Part shown: positions 36,057-45,565 of the stretch, piece by piece
How the letters are laid out: each line of letters starts with the position of its first letter
How positions within the stretch are numbered: position 1 is the first letter of the stretch
NCBI GenBank assembly: GCA_004322275.1
Contig: SCTA01000027.1
Location: 880-64,879, forward strand
Source of the DNA: a bacterium
GTDB lineage: Bacteria; Desulfobacterota; Deferrisomatia; Deferrisomatales; BM512
DNA: 64,000 nt
Direction: 5' to 3'
The notes under the pieces: model-generated
What the model saw: the letters and a program-made list of their open reading frames with translations, nothing else
What the model was told of the DNA's origin: nothing
Databases searched by the model: none
Position numbers and translations under genes: made by a program

Positions 36057-37160
36057 GTGCTCCGGTTTCGCTTTGCCGCCGTTTTTGTCTGCGCCCTTTT
36101 GATCCCGGCCGCCCTTTCCCTCGCGGCGATAAACCCTCTCGATCCCGGCCTCGCCGTGGCAAGGGCTTACGGGGGTAAAAAACTCCCCAACAATGCAGCT
36201 TCCTCTCTTTGCATCGATTGCCATTCCTACAACCCGACTGCGGGTTACGGCTCCCATTTCGTCGCTTACATCGACCCGTCAAGCAACAAGCTCCGTTCTA
36301 CCAACTCGGGAGGAGGCTGGGAGAAAGCGGCCTTCGGAATACGGAACGAGGGAGAATTTTTCAAGATATCAAAATGGGATTCGGGATGTCTGGGGGCAGG
36401 CGGGGTCTCGAAGTACGCCGACGCCGCGACCTGGAGAACGGTAATTTTTGATACCGGCTCCCCTTTGGGATCAGAGGTGCCGGGCAAGAAGTTTGAATCG
36501 TCAAAGGGAGCGATGGCCCAGGCCGAGCTTATCTGCGAATCCTGCCACAGCATGCTTTTTTCGGTCCCCGGCACCGCCCTTCTGCTCTCTAAAATCACCG
36601 ACGGCGACGACCAGACGAATCCTTTGGAGGGAAAGACTTCCCCTCTCTGCGTCGGCTGCCACGGCTTCCTGTATCAGGACAACAAAGCCAACTCGGTAAA
36701 CCCCAACTGGGACGATCCTAGAAACGAGTGCGAGATTACGGGGAACAAAAGAGGGAACAACGAAATACACCTGGCTTCCTACAAGAACTATCCCCAGAAC
36801 CACCACGTGATGACCGGAGACAACATCGTCAACTCTCTGGCTGAGCATGGACTCCTGAGCAGACCCGTCACCGTCGTTGCCAGTGAGATGGTGAGAAAGC
36901 CGATAAATACAAAAAACGGCCCCTATCTCATCACCCCTCCCCTAAGTCCGATGAAATACCCTTCCGAGGACGGAGCCCTGAACTGCATGACCTGCCATAC
37001 GCCGGGACATTGGGGAGAGCTGTCTATCGGCGCGACGATTCTCATCGGCGAAGACCTTTCGGACCTGGAGCCGGGACTCGGGCTTAACCGGATAAGCGAC
37101 GGCAGGGGGCAAGGAAAGTTCAGGGACGCCAATTTTTGCCAGCTTTGCCATACGCAGTAA
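36057..37160 (+). CDS. secreted multihaem c-type cytochrome (5 CxxCH)
   Basis: Signal peptide plus CIDCH, CESCH, CVGCH, CMTCH and CQLCH. Confidence 0.8.
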   Translation: MLRFRFAAVFVCALLIPAALSLAAINPLDPGLAVARAYGGKKLPNNAASSLCIDCHSYNPTAGYGSHFVAYIDPSSNKLRSTNSGGGWEKAAFGIRNEGEFFKISKWDSGCLGAGGVSKYADAATWRTVIFDTGSPLGSEVPGKKFESSKGAMAQAELICESCHSMLFSVPGTALLLSKITDGDDQTNPLEGKTSPLCVGCHGFLYQDNKANSVNPNWDDPRNECEITGNKRGNNEIHLASYKNYPQNHHVMTGDNIVNSLAEHGLLSRPVTVVASEMVRKPINTKNGPYLITPPLSPMKYPSEDGALNCMTCHTPGHWGELSIGATILIGEDLSDLEPGLGLNRISDGRGQGKFRDANFCQLCHTQ

Positions 37161-37174
37161 TGCGGAGGAATAAT

Positions 37175-38503
37175 ATGTTCCGGTGGTTTTTGGCCCTTGC
37201 GGCCATCATAATCGCGGCGGATGCCCTGGGAGCCGTAAACGGCTCGCACCACGACATGCAGGTGAGCGAGACGGGGGAGGGGTGGGCTTGCTACTACTGC
37301 CACGCCACCTACAACTCCGTCATCGAGAGCGCCTATTACGAGGAAGAGCCCGATAACGGAAACGGCCTCGGGCCGGTAGGCGTAATCTGCTACGCCTGTC
37401 ACGACGGCACCGCCTACCCGGACGCGCGAATAGAGGAACTTGACGGAAACATAGGGCTCCCCGCGCTTCTTCACGGCCACGGGTCTTCGCTGTCGAACAT
37501 GGAAACCGCGACGAACGGCCTTGAGGGCCAGTCCAACCTTGCGGTCAGCGGACTTCTGCCCGCGAGAGTTAAATACACCGGCAAGATGGACTGCACTGCC
37601 TGCCACGACCCCCACAACTCCGATTACCCCCCGTTTCTGCGCATGCCGCTCGAAACGCTCTGCCAGTCCTGCCACAGCGGCAGCGACGGTAAAGGTATGG
37701 GGCGGTGGACAACGGTAGAGGATTCGGGTCAGCAAAACGGTTACCATCCCGTGGGCATGCCGGTGGTGGAGAGCAAACTCGATTTCACGAGGGAGATGGC
37801 TTCGGAAAAAGCCTTTCACGGCCCGGAATCGTTCTTTAACGTCCCCGCGCCGGACAAAACCGCGCTGATGAATCCCGACACCCACTGGGAGATGGGCGGA
37901 CACCTCTTCGGCCCCAAGAAGACAGTCTCCTGCCCGACCTGCCACTCGGCGCACCTCTCTACGGAAAACCTGTTGGTGGCGGAGGTGTCGAGCAATCCGG
38001 TAAGGATGCTGTGCATGGGCTGCCACGGAAAAGAGGTCTTTTCAAACACTCCCGGCAAAACCCCCAATTACCACCCCGTCTTCGAGGAATCGGCGGAGCC
38101 TTACGAACATGACCATTCGACACACGGCGACGTGGGAGACCCCACAATTCCTTCGGAAGGATTTTTTGACCTCTCGGTAAAAATCCCTTCCCCATGGCCT
38201 GTCGGCACAGAGGGGGAGCTTGCCTGCCAGACCTGCCACGTCTCCCACAACGGCAGGGCGGGAGCAAAGTGCCTCCGGGGCTCCCCGGACAAGAACGTCA
38301 GCATCTGCAACGACTGCCACGGCTACCAGGAACAGAGATCTTCAAGCATGGGGCATCATCCGACTTCGGCGACGCCCGTAAAGACCACGGATTCCGACAC
38401 TCCTTCCTGGAACGAAGGGAAGGGGACTCCCGGCTACCTCGGCGACGGTCTTCAGTGCATTGATTGCCACGTGGGTCTCTCACGAAGCGCCCACAACTGG
38501 TAA
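37175..38503 (+). CDS. secreted multihaem c-type cytochrome (9 CxxCH)
   Basis: ATG at 37175 with ggagga SD. Signal peptide MFRWFLALAAIIIAADALG. Haem motifs are CYYCH, CYACH, CTACH, CQSCH, CPTCH, CMGCH, CQTCH, CNDCH and CIDCH. Confidence 0.85.
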   Translation: MFRWFLALAAIIIAADALGAVNGSHHDMQVSETGEGWACYYCHATYNSVIESAYYEEEPDNGNGLGPVGVICYACHDGTAYPDARIEELDGNIGLPALLHGHGSSLSNMETATNGLEGQSNLAVSGLLPARVKYTGKMDCTACHDPHNSDYPPFLRMPLETLCQSCHSGSDGKGMGRWTTVEDSGQQNGYHPVGMPVVESKLDFTREMASEKAFHGPESFFNVPAPDKTALMNPDTHWEMGGHLFGPKKTVSCPTCHSAHLSTENLLVAEVSSNPVRMLCMGCHGKEVFSNTPGKTPNYHPVFEESAEPYEHDHSTHGDVGDPTIPSEGFFDLSVKIPSPWPVGTEGELACQTCHVSHNGRAGAKCLRGSPDKNVSICNDCHGYQEQRSSSMGHHPTSATPVKTTDSDTPSWNEGKGTPGYLGDGLQCIDCHVGLSRSAHNW

Positions 38504-38514
38504 GGAGTTACAAA

Positions 38515-39789
38515 TTGAAACTGCGAAGGTTTGCATTTATCGGTTTGTTTGCGCTGCTGGCGGCTCTGGAGGGCTGTGCTCCAAGGGGCGTAGAGGTCAC
38601 TCCCACCGGCATAAACACCCCGGAACTTAAAGGGGCCTTTATAAAGGACGAGGTCGTTTTCATCTCCTGGGGAGCCGTGCCGGGGGCGGAATCCTACGAT
38701 CTCTACGTTACTTGCCCCGGCAAGGAGACGGTCAAAATATGCCGTATCTCTTCTCCTCTTTACAAGGGACCGGCGACAGGGGAACCGGCCTGTTCCTACA
38801 GGATAGTTTCCGTAGCCTCGGACGGTTCCGAAAGCGCCCCTTCCGTAGAGATAACCCCGACAACGAAAGAGGCGGAGCAGGAGAAAAAAAGAGCCGTATC
38901 CTGCCGCTTGCTGGTAAAGGCCGGAACGCTTGACTCCTACCTTAAGGACGGCGTCAGGCATAAATTCACGGAGCCAACCGATATCGTCTCTATTGACGGA
39001 CACCTCTACGTAACCGATTCGGGAACGAGATCCGTAATAGTTATCGACCAGCAGGGTGCCTTCATCCGCTCTCTGGACGCGAAATCCCTCGATTACAAGG
39101 AGGCCTGGGGGACTCCGTGGGGAATAGGCGCCGCGCCGGACGAGAGCAAAGTCGCGGTCACTTTTATCGGCAGCCAGAAGGTGAGGGTGTTCTCCTCCGG
39201 CGGCGAGTTGCTCAGGGATATCGGGATACCGGCGCCCAAAGCAGGGCAGAACCCCCGCGTGCCCCATTTGATGGATGTGGACATCGATTCGGCGGGAAAT
39301 ATGTGGGTCAGCGACGCTGCGAACGCCAGAATCGTCAAACTGGACGAAGAGGGCAACACGCTTTTCGACATCGACAGTTCTTCTCCTACGGCGACGGGAA
39401 AACTCATCAGAATTCCCACCTTTCTCGATTGCGACACCGATACCGGCAACGTGCGCGTAGTGGATTCCAAGAGTTCCACCACCCACGTCATAAGCAAGGA
39501 AGGGAAGCTGGTAAAGGACGAGACCAGGCCGCCTGCGGGAGCCGGGCTTCAACTGCCGAAGGGGATATGCCGTACCCGCGAGGGCGAGTATCTGGTGGTG
39601 GACGGACTTCTTCGCAACATACAGGTTTACAGCAGCGACGGCACCCTTTGCTCGACCTACAACCGCGAACACCTTGAGACTTTGGGAATAAAAGCCCCGG
39701 TCTCGATCGCCGCCGACGCGGCCGCCAGCAGGCTTTTCATCCTCTCGAAGCTGTACGGCAAGATACACATACTGGAACTGACGAAGTAA
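38515..39789 (+). CDS. NHL-repeat beta-propeller protein with an N-terminal Fn3-like domain and a lipoprotein-like signal
   Basis: TTG at 38515 with aaggag SD. The signal ends in ..LAALEGC. Repeated NHL-like motifs are LYVTDSGTRSVIVID, MWVSDAANARIVKLD, VRVVDSKSS and YLVVDGLLRNIQVY. Confidence 0.8.
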   Translation: MKLRRFAFIGLFALLAALEGCAPRGVEVTPTGINTPELKGAFIKDEVVFISWGAVPGAESYDLYVTCPGKETVKICRISSPLYKGPATGEPACSYRIVSVASDGSESAPSVEITPTTKEAEQEKKRAVSCRLLVKAGTLDSYLKDGVRHKFTEPTDIVSIDGHLYVTDSGTRSVIVIDQQGAFIRSLDAKSLDYKEAWGTPWGIGAAPDESKVAVTFIGSQKVRVFSSGGELLRDIGIPAPKAGQNPRVPHLMDVDIDSAGNMWVSDAANARIVKLDEEGNTLFDIDSSSPTATGKLIRIPTFLDCDTDTGNVRVVDSKSSTTHVISKEGKLVKDETRPPAGAGLQLPKGICRTREGEYLVVDGLLRNIQVYSSDGTLCSTYNREHLETLGIKAPVSIAADAAASRLFILSKLYGKIHILELTK

Positions 39790-39793
39790 GCCC

Positions 39794-40645
39794 TCAGTTC
39801 CTCAGGGTCTTTTCGTCCTTAACGTAAGTGTAGGGTATTTGAAGGTAATTGAAGGCTTTGGGCGCAGGCGTTTCGGAAAAGACTTCCGAGAGGTTAAGTC
39901 CGACGCCGACAAAGAGGTTTCTCTCCTTGTCGTCCGTTCCCCCATGCCCCATGAAGTTTCTCGTGTAATACCCTCCAAGGAATTCGACGAACCTGAGCGG
40001 CGAATCCTCCAGCGAATCGAAGCCCGAGAGCTTGAAGGCGAGCAGATATTTCAGATGTTCGTAGTCGGTGGTCGGGTCGCGGCTGACTTTCGTCAGGGAA
40101 GGGGTGTACTCGACGCGAAGGTCCAGGAATTCGCCCGCTTCGGGGTAGCGCTCCAGAAGGTAACCGGCCGAAGCGCCAAGTATGTTGGAGTAGATATCCT
40201 GGGGAGAGAGGCCGAAATCGCTGAATGAATCCCCTATCTCCATGCAGGTGGTGAAGATCAGCGAGGTTCCCGCGCCGAGTAGCGCCGCCTCCCCGTCGCC
40301 GTACCCCCATTTCTTGAATACCCCCGAAGACATCCTGCCCATGAAGTAGCCGGTGTAAAGGTGACCGGTCTTGTCCGCTCCGCCGTGCTTGGTGCCCGAA
40401 CCGAACCATCCTTCCGAACGCACGTGAGGGCTGTTTTCTCCATACTCCCACATTATCGCGCCGTAGGTCAGAACACCCCCTACGGCTACGGCATTGAAGA
40501 CGACAACTTTTTGATCAGGAGTCAGAAAGCCGGAGTCTTCCGCCGCCATCTCCCGGGCGACACAGGGAGCGGCTGCAAAACATGACAAAACAGATAAAGT
40601 AATGACTGTTTTGCCCAATACTGTCGTTACATAATTAGCTGCCAT
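39794..40645 (-). CDS. envelope protein, DUF2279-like (periplasmic lipoprotein / outer-membrane protein), function unknown
   Basis: Signal peptide, then GGADKTGHLYTGYFMG, which resembles the DUF2279 DK..H motif. Its start overlaps the upstream stop by 1 nt (TGATG). Confidence 0.4.
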   Translation of the reverse strand: MAANYVTTVLGKTVITLSVLSCFAAAPCVAREMAAEDSGFLTPDQKVVVFNAVAVGGVLTYGAIMWEYGENSPHVRSEGWFGSGTKHGGADKTGHLYTGYFMGRMSSGVFKKWGYGDGEAALLGAGTSLIFTTCMEIGDSFSDFGLSPQDIYSNILGASAGYLLERYPEAGEFLDLRVEYTPSLTKVSRDPTTDYEHLKYLLAFKLSGFDSLEDSPLRFVEFLGGYYTRNFMGHGGTDDKERNLFVGVGLNLSEVFSETPAPKAFNYLQIPYTYVKDEKTLRN

Positions 40646-41280
40646 CAGCTATTATTTTCAAGGGTGTCCATCTTGAGACCCGAAGAAGAGATTATGCCCC
40701 AGTCGAAAGGACGCCCAACGGAATTTTCTTTTTTATCTATGTAAACGAGGGCTTGTATCGCCAAATTCATAATATCAATTAAGTCTGAACCATTTTTAAG
40801 TGCCGTGACGAGCTTTATTTCAGTTCCAATTCTTCGGGGAGCCGTGAGGACGTCGAGTATCGGCAGCTCCCGGTAACTCTCTCCGTGGGCTTCCGAAGCG
40901 TAAAAAGAGTTCTCGAAAGACCCGTCCTCAAGGATTCCGCCGAGAAGTATGTATGCGAGCTGATGAGCTTCGGGGTGAGCCCGGAACCACGCTTTGCCTT
41001 CCTGCTGGAACATATCGTAATCGCTTTGGAAAGTGCTCAATACGTAAGACTTCATCTCAGGGTACGGAACGGGGTTTTCCCGGAAAAGATGGCTCAGTTT
41101 TCTGCTGATTTCAATGCCTACCGCGCTGCCTCCGGTGGACAGCAGGCCGCTTTCGCCAAGGGGGTAGAGTTTCCTTGCAAAGCGAACCTCGACGTTGTCT
41201 GCGTCGTCGTGAACCTCGACGCGACGGTCGGCGAGAAAGAGAATCCCTTGAGGAGATTTGACTGCGATCAGTTGAGACAT
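40645..41280 (-). CDS. hypothetical protein, possibly a proteasome-type Ntn-hydrolase fold
   Basis: The N-terminus MSQLIAVKSPQGILFLADRR resembles the T-T-I-V-A-V-K..G-V-V-L-A-A-D pattern of proteasome beta/HslV/Anbu subunits, but with Ser at the nucleophile position. There is no SD. Confidence 0.4.
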   Translation of the reverse strand: MSQLIAVKSPQGILFLADRRVEVHDDADNVEVRFARKLYPLGESGLLSTGGSAVGIEISRKLSHLFRENPVPYPEMKSYVLSTFQSDYDMFQQEGKAWFRAHPEAHQLAYILLGGILEDGSFENSFYASEAHGESYRELPILDVLTAPRRIGTEIKLVTALKNGSDLIDIMNLAIQALVYIDKKENSVGRPFDWGIISSSGLKMDTLENNS

Positions 41281-41585
41281 CGAATGCGCTCGCCAAAAAG
41301 GTAATTATTTCAAAGAGTATAGCGAAGATGAAAGGTTTTGACATCCGCTGCGAACCATTTACCTTAAGAACACAAAAAGGAGGGGATGTCCGGCAGGAAG
41401 GCTTTTCGAGACGATTATCAACCCGCTTTCCATACTCAACGTCTGATAAGATATATTATGTTAACATTGCTATGTCCGAGCGGCTTGCGTGTGAATGAGA
41501 AGAACGTTTGTTGCCTCCAACATCGTTATTAGCGGCTACCGCTACCCTATCGGACGAGTGTAACTTTTGAGGAGAAATTTCAGGA

Positions 41586-42941
41586 TTATATTTTCAAAAA
41601 GGAAGCGATGAAGTATCCGTCACCTTCGTAACCGGGAAGGTTGAGCGGAAGGCGGACACCTTCGCTCCCGATGCAGGAGAAAGGAAGGCCGGGCAAGACC
41701 TTTGCCGGTGAAAAATTACGGTTGTTCTCAAGAAACTTTTCAGCCACGAACCGGTTTTCAGGCGCCAGAAGGCTGCAGGTCGAGTAGACGAGCTTCCCCC
41801 CGCGTTTTACAAGTTCCGACCCCTTCTGAAGAAGTTCTCGCTGAACCTTCGAGAAAGAGAGGATATCGGCTTTTTTCCAGCGCCACGAAACGTCGGGATT
41901 CCTTCTCAGTGTGCCTGTCGAGGAGCAGGGAGCGTCAACCAGCACGACGTCGTAAGGCGCTGATCCGGCTACCTCTTCGTAAGCGGAGAGGGGCTTGATG
42001 ATGGTCGCGCCGGACCTCCTGATCCGCTCGTCCGAGCGAAGGAGCCGAAGCCTTGCGTTGTCGTGAGCTACGATTAACCCCCTGTTTTCCATCAGGGCGG
42101 CGAGGGCGAGGGACTTGCCGCCGCTTCCCGCGCACAGGTCAAGCACCTTTTGGCCCGGTTTCGCGCCGCAGGCGAGGGCGATAAGCTGGCTCCCCTCGTC
42201 CTGAATCTCGAAGAGTCCTTCCTTGAAAGATGGGAGTCCGGCCACGTTGACAGCGCCGGGAATCATGAGGCCGGTTGGAGAAAATTCGGAATAATCCGAA
42301 GCTATTCCTGAACTGTAGAGATCGCGTTTCAGTTCCTCGCGGCCTGTCTTCAGGGTGTTTGCGCGTATCTGCAGCGACTGGCGCTTTTTACCTTCCAAAA
42401 GCTCGGAAAGAGCCTCCCCCACGGTTTTCCAGGGGCCGAAGTCAAGCCAGAAAGAAGGAATTGAAAGGTAGGAGGAGAGCGCGTCTTTCGCCTCTACCGG
42501 AAGCTCAGACAGGGAAGTTGCGGTTTCTTCGCAAAACGACGAAAACCACCTCTCCCGAAGCTCATCCGCCCGCTCAAGAGCGGATTTATAATCGTAATTC
42601 GTAAAGTACTCGCAGGGCCGAAGTTCCGGCTTAATCTGGTCCAGATACCCTAGCCCCAGAAGAACTCCCGGCTCGCGGACTCCGCCGGTGGCTTCGGTTA
42701 AGGCTTTGAGACTCCGCGCAAGTCCGTAGACTCCCATCCCGAGCAGAGCGCGGTCGTTTTTCCCCATCCGAAGCGCCCTCTGGTGGTTTTGCACCTCGGC
42801 GTCCAGAGGCCCCCTTGAGGAGAGGATGAACTCTTCGACAGGCCCGGCGGCGGAAAAAATCCGTTGGGCGTAAGAGGGGTTGGGAAGTTTGTCCCCTTCC
42901 CTTCTCCACCATCTGTAACTGCCCATGAGGTCTGTTTTCAT
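41586..42941 (-). CDS. RsmB/NOP-family SAM-dependent RNA (cytosine-C5) methyltransferase
   Basis: VLDLCAGSGGKS (SAM site), VLVDAPCSSTGTLRRNPD and LVYSTCSL (the two catalytic Cys motifs). Confidence 0.85.
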   Translation of the reverse strand: MKTDLMGSYRWWRREGDKLPNPSYAQRIFSAAGPVEEFILSSRGPLDAEVQNHQRALRMGKNDRALLGMGVYGLARSLKALTEATGGVREPGVLLGLGYLDQIKPELRPCEYFTNYDYKSALERADELRERWFSSFCEETATSLSELPVEAKDALSSYLSIPSFWLDFGPWKTVGEALSELLEGKKRQSLQIRANTLKTGREELKRDLYSSGIASDYSEFSPTGLMIPGAVNVAGLPSFKEGLFEIQDEGSQLIALACGAKPGQKVLDLCAGSGGKSLALAALMENRGLIVAHDNARLRLLRSDERIRRSGATIIKPLSAYEEVAGSAPYDVVLVDAPCSSTGTLRRNPDVSWRWKKADILSFSKVQRELLQKGSELVKRGGKLVYSTCSLLAPENRFVAEKFLENNRNFSPAKVLPGLPFSCIGSEGVRLPLNLPGYEGDGYFIASFLKI

Positions 42942-44119
42942 TTTAAAAGGGTAAGTTCGCCGCCGAAGCAGACGGCCGTGGGGCTGGAAATATCTTCCGG
43001 CCAGGAGTCGTAAAGGACGAAGCCCGCCTCGCCGCCCTCGCGCAGGCCGGGAAATCCGCTCAACCTTGCGGCGAGGGAAGCCGCGTTTCCGGCAAGAGAG
43101 TTCAAGTCAGCCCCGAGGGAGACAAGCGCCGAAACCTCGCTGAAAAATCCGGAGACGTGCGAAACCCCCGGAGTTCCGGCGTCGCTTCCGGGCAGGAGCT
43201 TCGCGCCGTGCGAAATCCCCTTCGATATATCCTCTCCGTGGCGCTTTGCGGTGATTTCAACGACTTTCTTCTGGTTCGGGCCAAGAGAGGGATTGCCGCT
43301 GAGGCTTGACCAGGCGACGAAGGTAGGGGTCCAGAAGCTTTCACTGGCCGAGAGCTTTTCTATCTCGCCCTCTTTCGGCCAAAAAGCGTGCTCGACGCTC
43401 TGGGGGGCGGAGTCCAGAACCGCCCCGAGGGTACCGTTGACGTGAATCATGGTCCCGAGTCCTAGAGAGCGTGAAAAGCGTGTGAGTTCAGAAAGTTCGC
43501 CGGGCGTGAACTGCTCTTTTCCGGTCTCGCCGGGCACTTCGAGGCTGTTCAGCCCCGAGGCCAGTATCTTTATCTGCCTTGCACCTCTCTTCGCGCCTTC
43601 CTCGATGAGGGAGAAACCTTCTTCGACGGTTTCTGCGCCCCTTCCAAGAAACCCCCCGTAAAGTCCCTTTTTGAAGAGCGGTCCGGCGGAGGGAAAAACC
43701 TTCGCGTAGCGGCCGGGATTTTTATCAGCCAGTTCGGCGGCCTTGAAAGCGAGGCCGCGAGGCGTTCCGCCATCCCTCACCGCGCATATCCCCGCCCGCC
43801 TGTACTCCTCAAGAAGGTTCATGACCCTTTCGAGTGCTTCCTCGTCGTCAAACCCCGCGACCCTCTTCCTTTCCGAGGGATCGAAGGAGCCGCCGAGGGA
43901 GAGATGAACGTGGCAATCGACGAGTGGTTCCAAGGCAAAAGGAGGGGAAAGGACCGGGATGCCCTCGGGCAGCGGCGGCGGCTCCCCTGCCCCGCTCCGG
44001 ACCACTTGCCCGTCTCTTACGTAAAACCAGTGGTCGGCGATTTCCTTGCCCCCGGCGAGGGCGAGCGCAGGCCTAAGAAGAAACTCCTTCATATCAGCCG
44101 TCTGAACCGTAGAAATCAA
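42938..44119 (-). CDS. amidohydrolase-family metal-dependent hydrolase
   Basis: LVDCHVHLSLGG (HxH) with downstream His/Asp positions. An alternative start is the ATG at 44092, 1 nt after the rsmD stop. Confidence 0.7.
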   Translation of the reverse strand: MISTVQTADMKEFLLRPALALAGGKEIADHWFYVRDGQVVRSGAGEPPPLPEGIPVLSPPFALEPLVDCHVHLSLGGSFDPSERKRVAGFDDEEALERVMNLLEEYRRAGICAVRDGGTPRGLAFKAAELADKNPGRYAKVFPSAGPLFKKGLYGGFLGRGAETVEEGFSLIEEGAKRGARQIKILASGLNSLEVPGETGKEQFTPGELSELTRFSRSLGLGTMIHVNGTLGAVLDSAPQSVEHAFWPKEGEIEKLSASESFWTPTFVAWSSLSGNPSLGPNQKKVVEITAKRHGEDISKGISHGAKLLPGSDAGTPGVSHVSGFFSEVSALVSLGADLNSLAGNAASLAARLSGFPGLREGGEAGFVLYDSWPEDISSPTAVCFGGELTLLK

Positions 44120-44651
44120 AGACGGTGCGACCGTATTTGCGGGTCTCGATCAGATGGAAAGGCTTTACCGGCTCCCAGAAGCTCTCCTTGGCCTCTCTCT
44201 GGACGACGACTGTTCCGCCTACTGCAAGAAGCGGGTTTTCGGCGAGCGCTTCCATCGCCGCGCGCTGAAGCTCCAGGCCGTAGGGCGGCGCGACAAGTAT
44301 CACGTCAAACTTCTCCCCGGCTTTAAAGAGACTCGGTATTACCTTGAGGCAGTCGCTCTCTATGACCTTCGCCTCAGCCCCGAGGGCGAGAGCGTTTTGC
44401 CTGATATAAGAGGCGGATCTGGGGCTCTTCTCTATGAGCACGGCTTTTTGGGCGCCGTTGGAAAGAAGCTCGAAACCTATCGCTCCGCTGCCGGCAAAAA
44501 GGTCCAGCACAAAGGTCCCCTGAAGTCTCGGGCGCAAGATGTCGGCGAGGCTTTTCCTCAGGCGGGACAAAAGCGGCCTCGTCTCCTCCCCTTCGGGAGC
44601 GAAAAGCGCCTTCCCCCTGTATTTACCCGAAATAATCCTGATCTTTCCCAT
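44094..44651 (-). CDS. rsmD: 16S rRNA (guanine966-N2)-methyltransferase
   Basis: RIISGKYRGKAL, LDLFAGSGAIGFELLS and VAPPY motifs. 185 aa. Confidence 0.85.
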   Translation of the reverse strand: MGKIRIISGKYRGKALFAPEGEETRPLLSRLRKSLADILRPRLQGTFVLDLFAGSGAIGFELLSNGAQKAVLIEKSPRSASYIRQNALALGAEAKVIESDCLKVIPSLFKAGEKFDVILVAPPYGLELQRAAMEALAENPLLAVGGTVVVQREAKESFWEPVKPFHLIETRKYGRTVFDFYGSDG

Positions 44652-44753
44652 AACTCACAAATAGCCAAAATCGCCGTCAAAGGGTTGAATTAACGATCTT
44701 CCATGCTATAACCAATCAGGCTACTACACATCACTCGAATGGAGGAAGGGCAC

Positions 44754-45497
44754 ATGAAAAAAGTTGCGTCATTATTTTTCGCCACTCTTATGATATTAGC
44801 CTCTTTTTCGGTTTCGGCGTTAGCCGCCGACAGCGGTTTTGACTCCATTCCCAAGCTCTTCGGCACCTTCACCCCCCAAAAGGGAGTCTGGGCTGAGTAT
44901 GAAGTGATGGAAAAGAAAACCCAAAAGAAAATTACCATGAAGATGTCGGTCGTGGACGTCATGGAAAAAGATTTCTGGTACGAGGTCAAAAACGTCGAGG
45001 ACAGCAGCACCAACATCATAAAGATGCTCGTTACCGGAGATCCGAACGACCCGGCCAACATAAAAAGGCTGATAATGAAATCAGGCGACACCCCGGCCCA
45101 GGAGATGCCCGTCGATTTCGTAAAGATGGGGAGGAAGATGGCTGTGCACATGTTCCAGACCCGTAGCGGCGTTCCCGAGGACAAAACCGGTCTCACCGTA
45201 AAGGAACTGGGCGAAAAGGAAGTGACGGTTCCGGCCGGCACCTTCAAGGGAGCTGAAAAACAGATACTCTCCGCCGAAGGAAAGGTTCTGGCCAGCTACA
45301 TCTTCAGCGCCGAAATACTTCCCTTCGGCGTAATCTTCTCCGACAGCGACGATTCGGTTATGAAACTCCTCGCCCACGGAAAAGACGCGGTGTCGGCCAT
45401 TACCGAAGAGCCGGTCATGATGGAAAGACCGCCGATGATGCCGGAGATGCCTCGCGGCATGCCCATGGGAATGGGAAACCACAAAGAAGCAAAATAA
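44754..45497 (+). CDS. secreted protein with a Met-rich C-terminal tail, unknown function
   Basis: ATG at 44754 with ggaggaaggg SD. Signal peptide MKKVASLFFATLMILASFSVSALA. The C-terminus is MMERPPMMPEMPRGMPMGMGNH. Confidence 0.6.
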   Translation: MKKVASLFFATLMILASFSVSALAADSGFDSIPKLFGTFTPQKGVWAEYEVMEKKTQKKITMKMSVVDVMEKDFWYEVKNVEDSSTNIIKMLVTGDPNDPANIKRLIMKSGDTPAQEMPVDFVKMGRKMAVHMFQTRSGVPEDKTGLTVKELGEKEVTVPAGTFKGAEKQILSAEGKVLASYIFSAEILPFGVIFSDSDDSVMKLLAHGKDAVSAITEEPVMMERPPMMPEMPRGMPMGMGNHKEAK

Positions 45498-45513
45498 CGG
45501 TCTTTACGCCAAA

Positions 45514-45548
45514 TAAAAAGGCCCGGCGAATGACCGGGCCTTTTTTTG
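45514..45548. terminator. bidirectional rho-independent terminator between convergent genes
   Basis: aaaaa ggcccgg cgaatga ccgggcc ttttttt. Confidence 0.7.
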
Positions 45549-45565
45549 TTTATCGAGAGACGCTC

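Noticed and set aside
36923-39768. 367-aa and 438-aa minus-strand ORFs (36923-38026 and 38452-39768)
   Set aside because: They are antisense to the multihaem cytochrome and NHL-repeat genes, whose CxxCH and NHL motifs validate the plus strand. The shadow ORFs have an Arg/Gly-rich composition.
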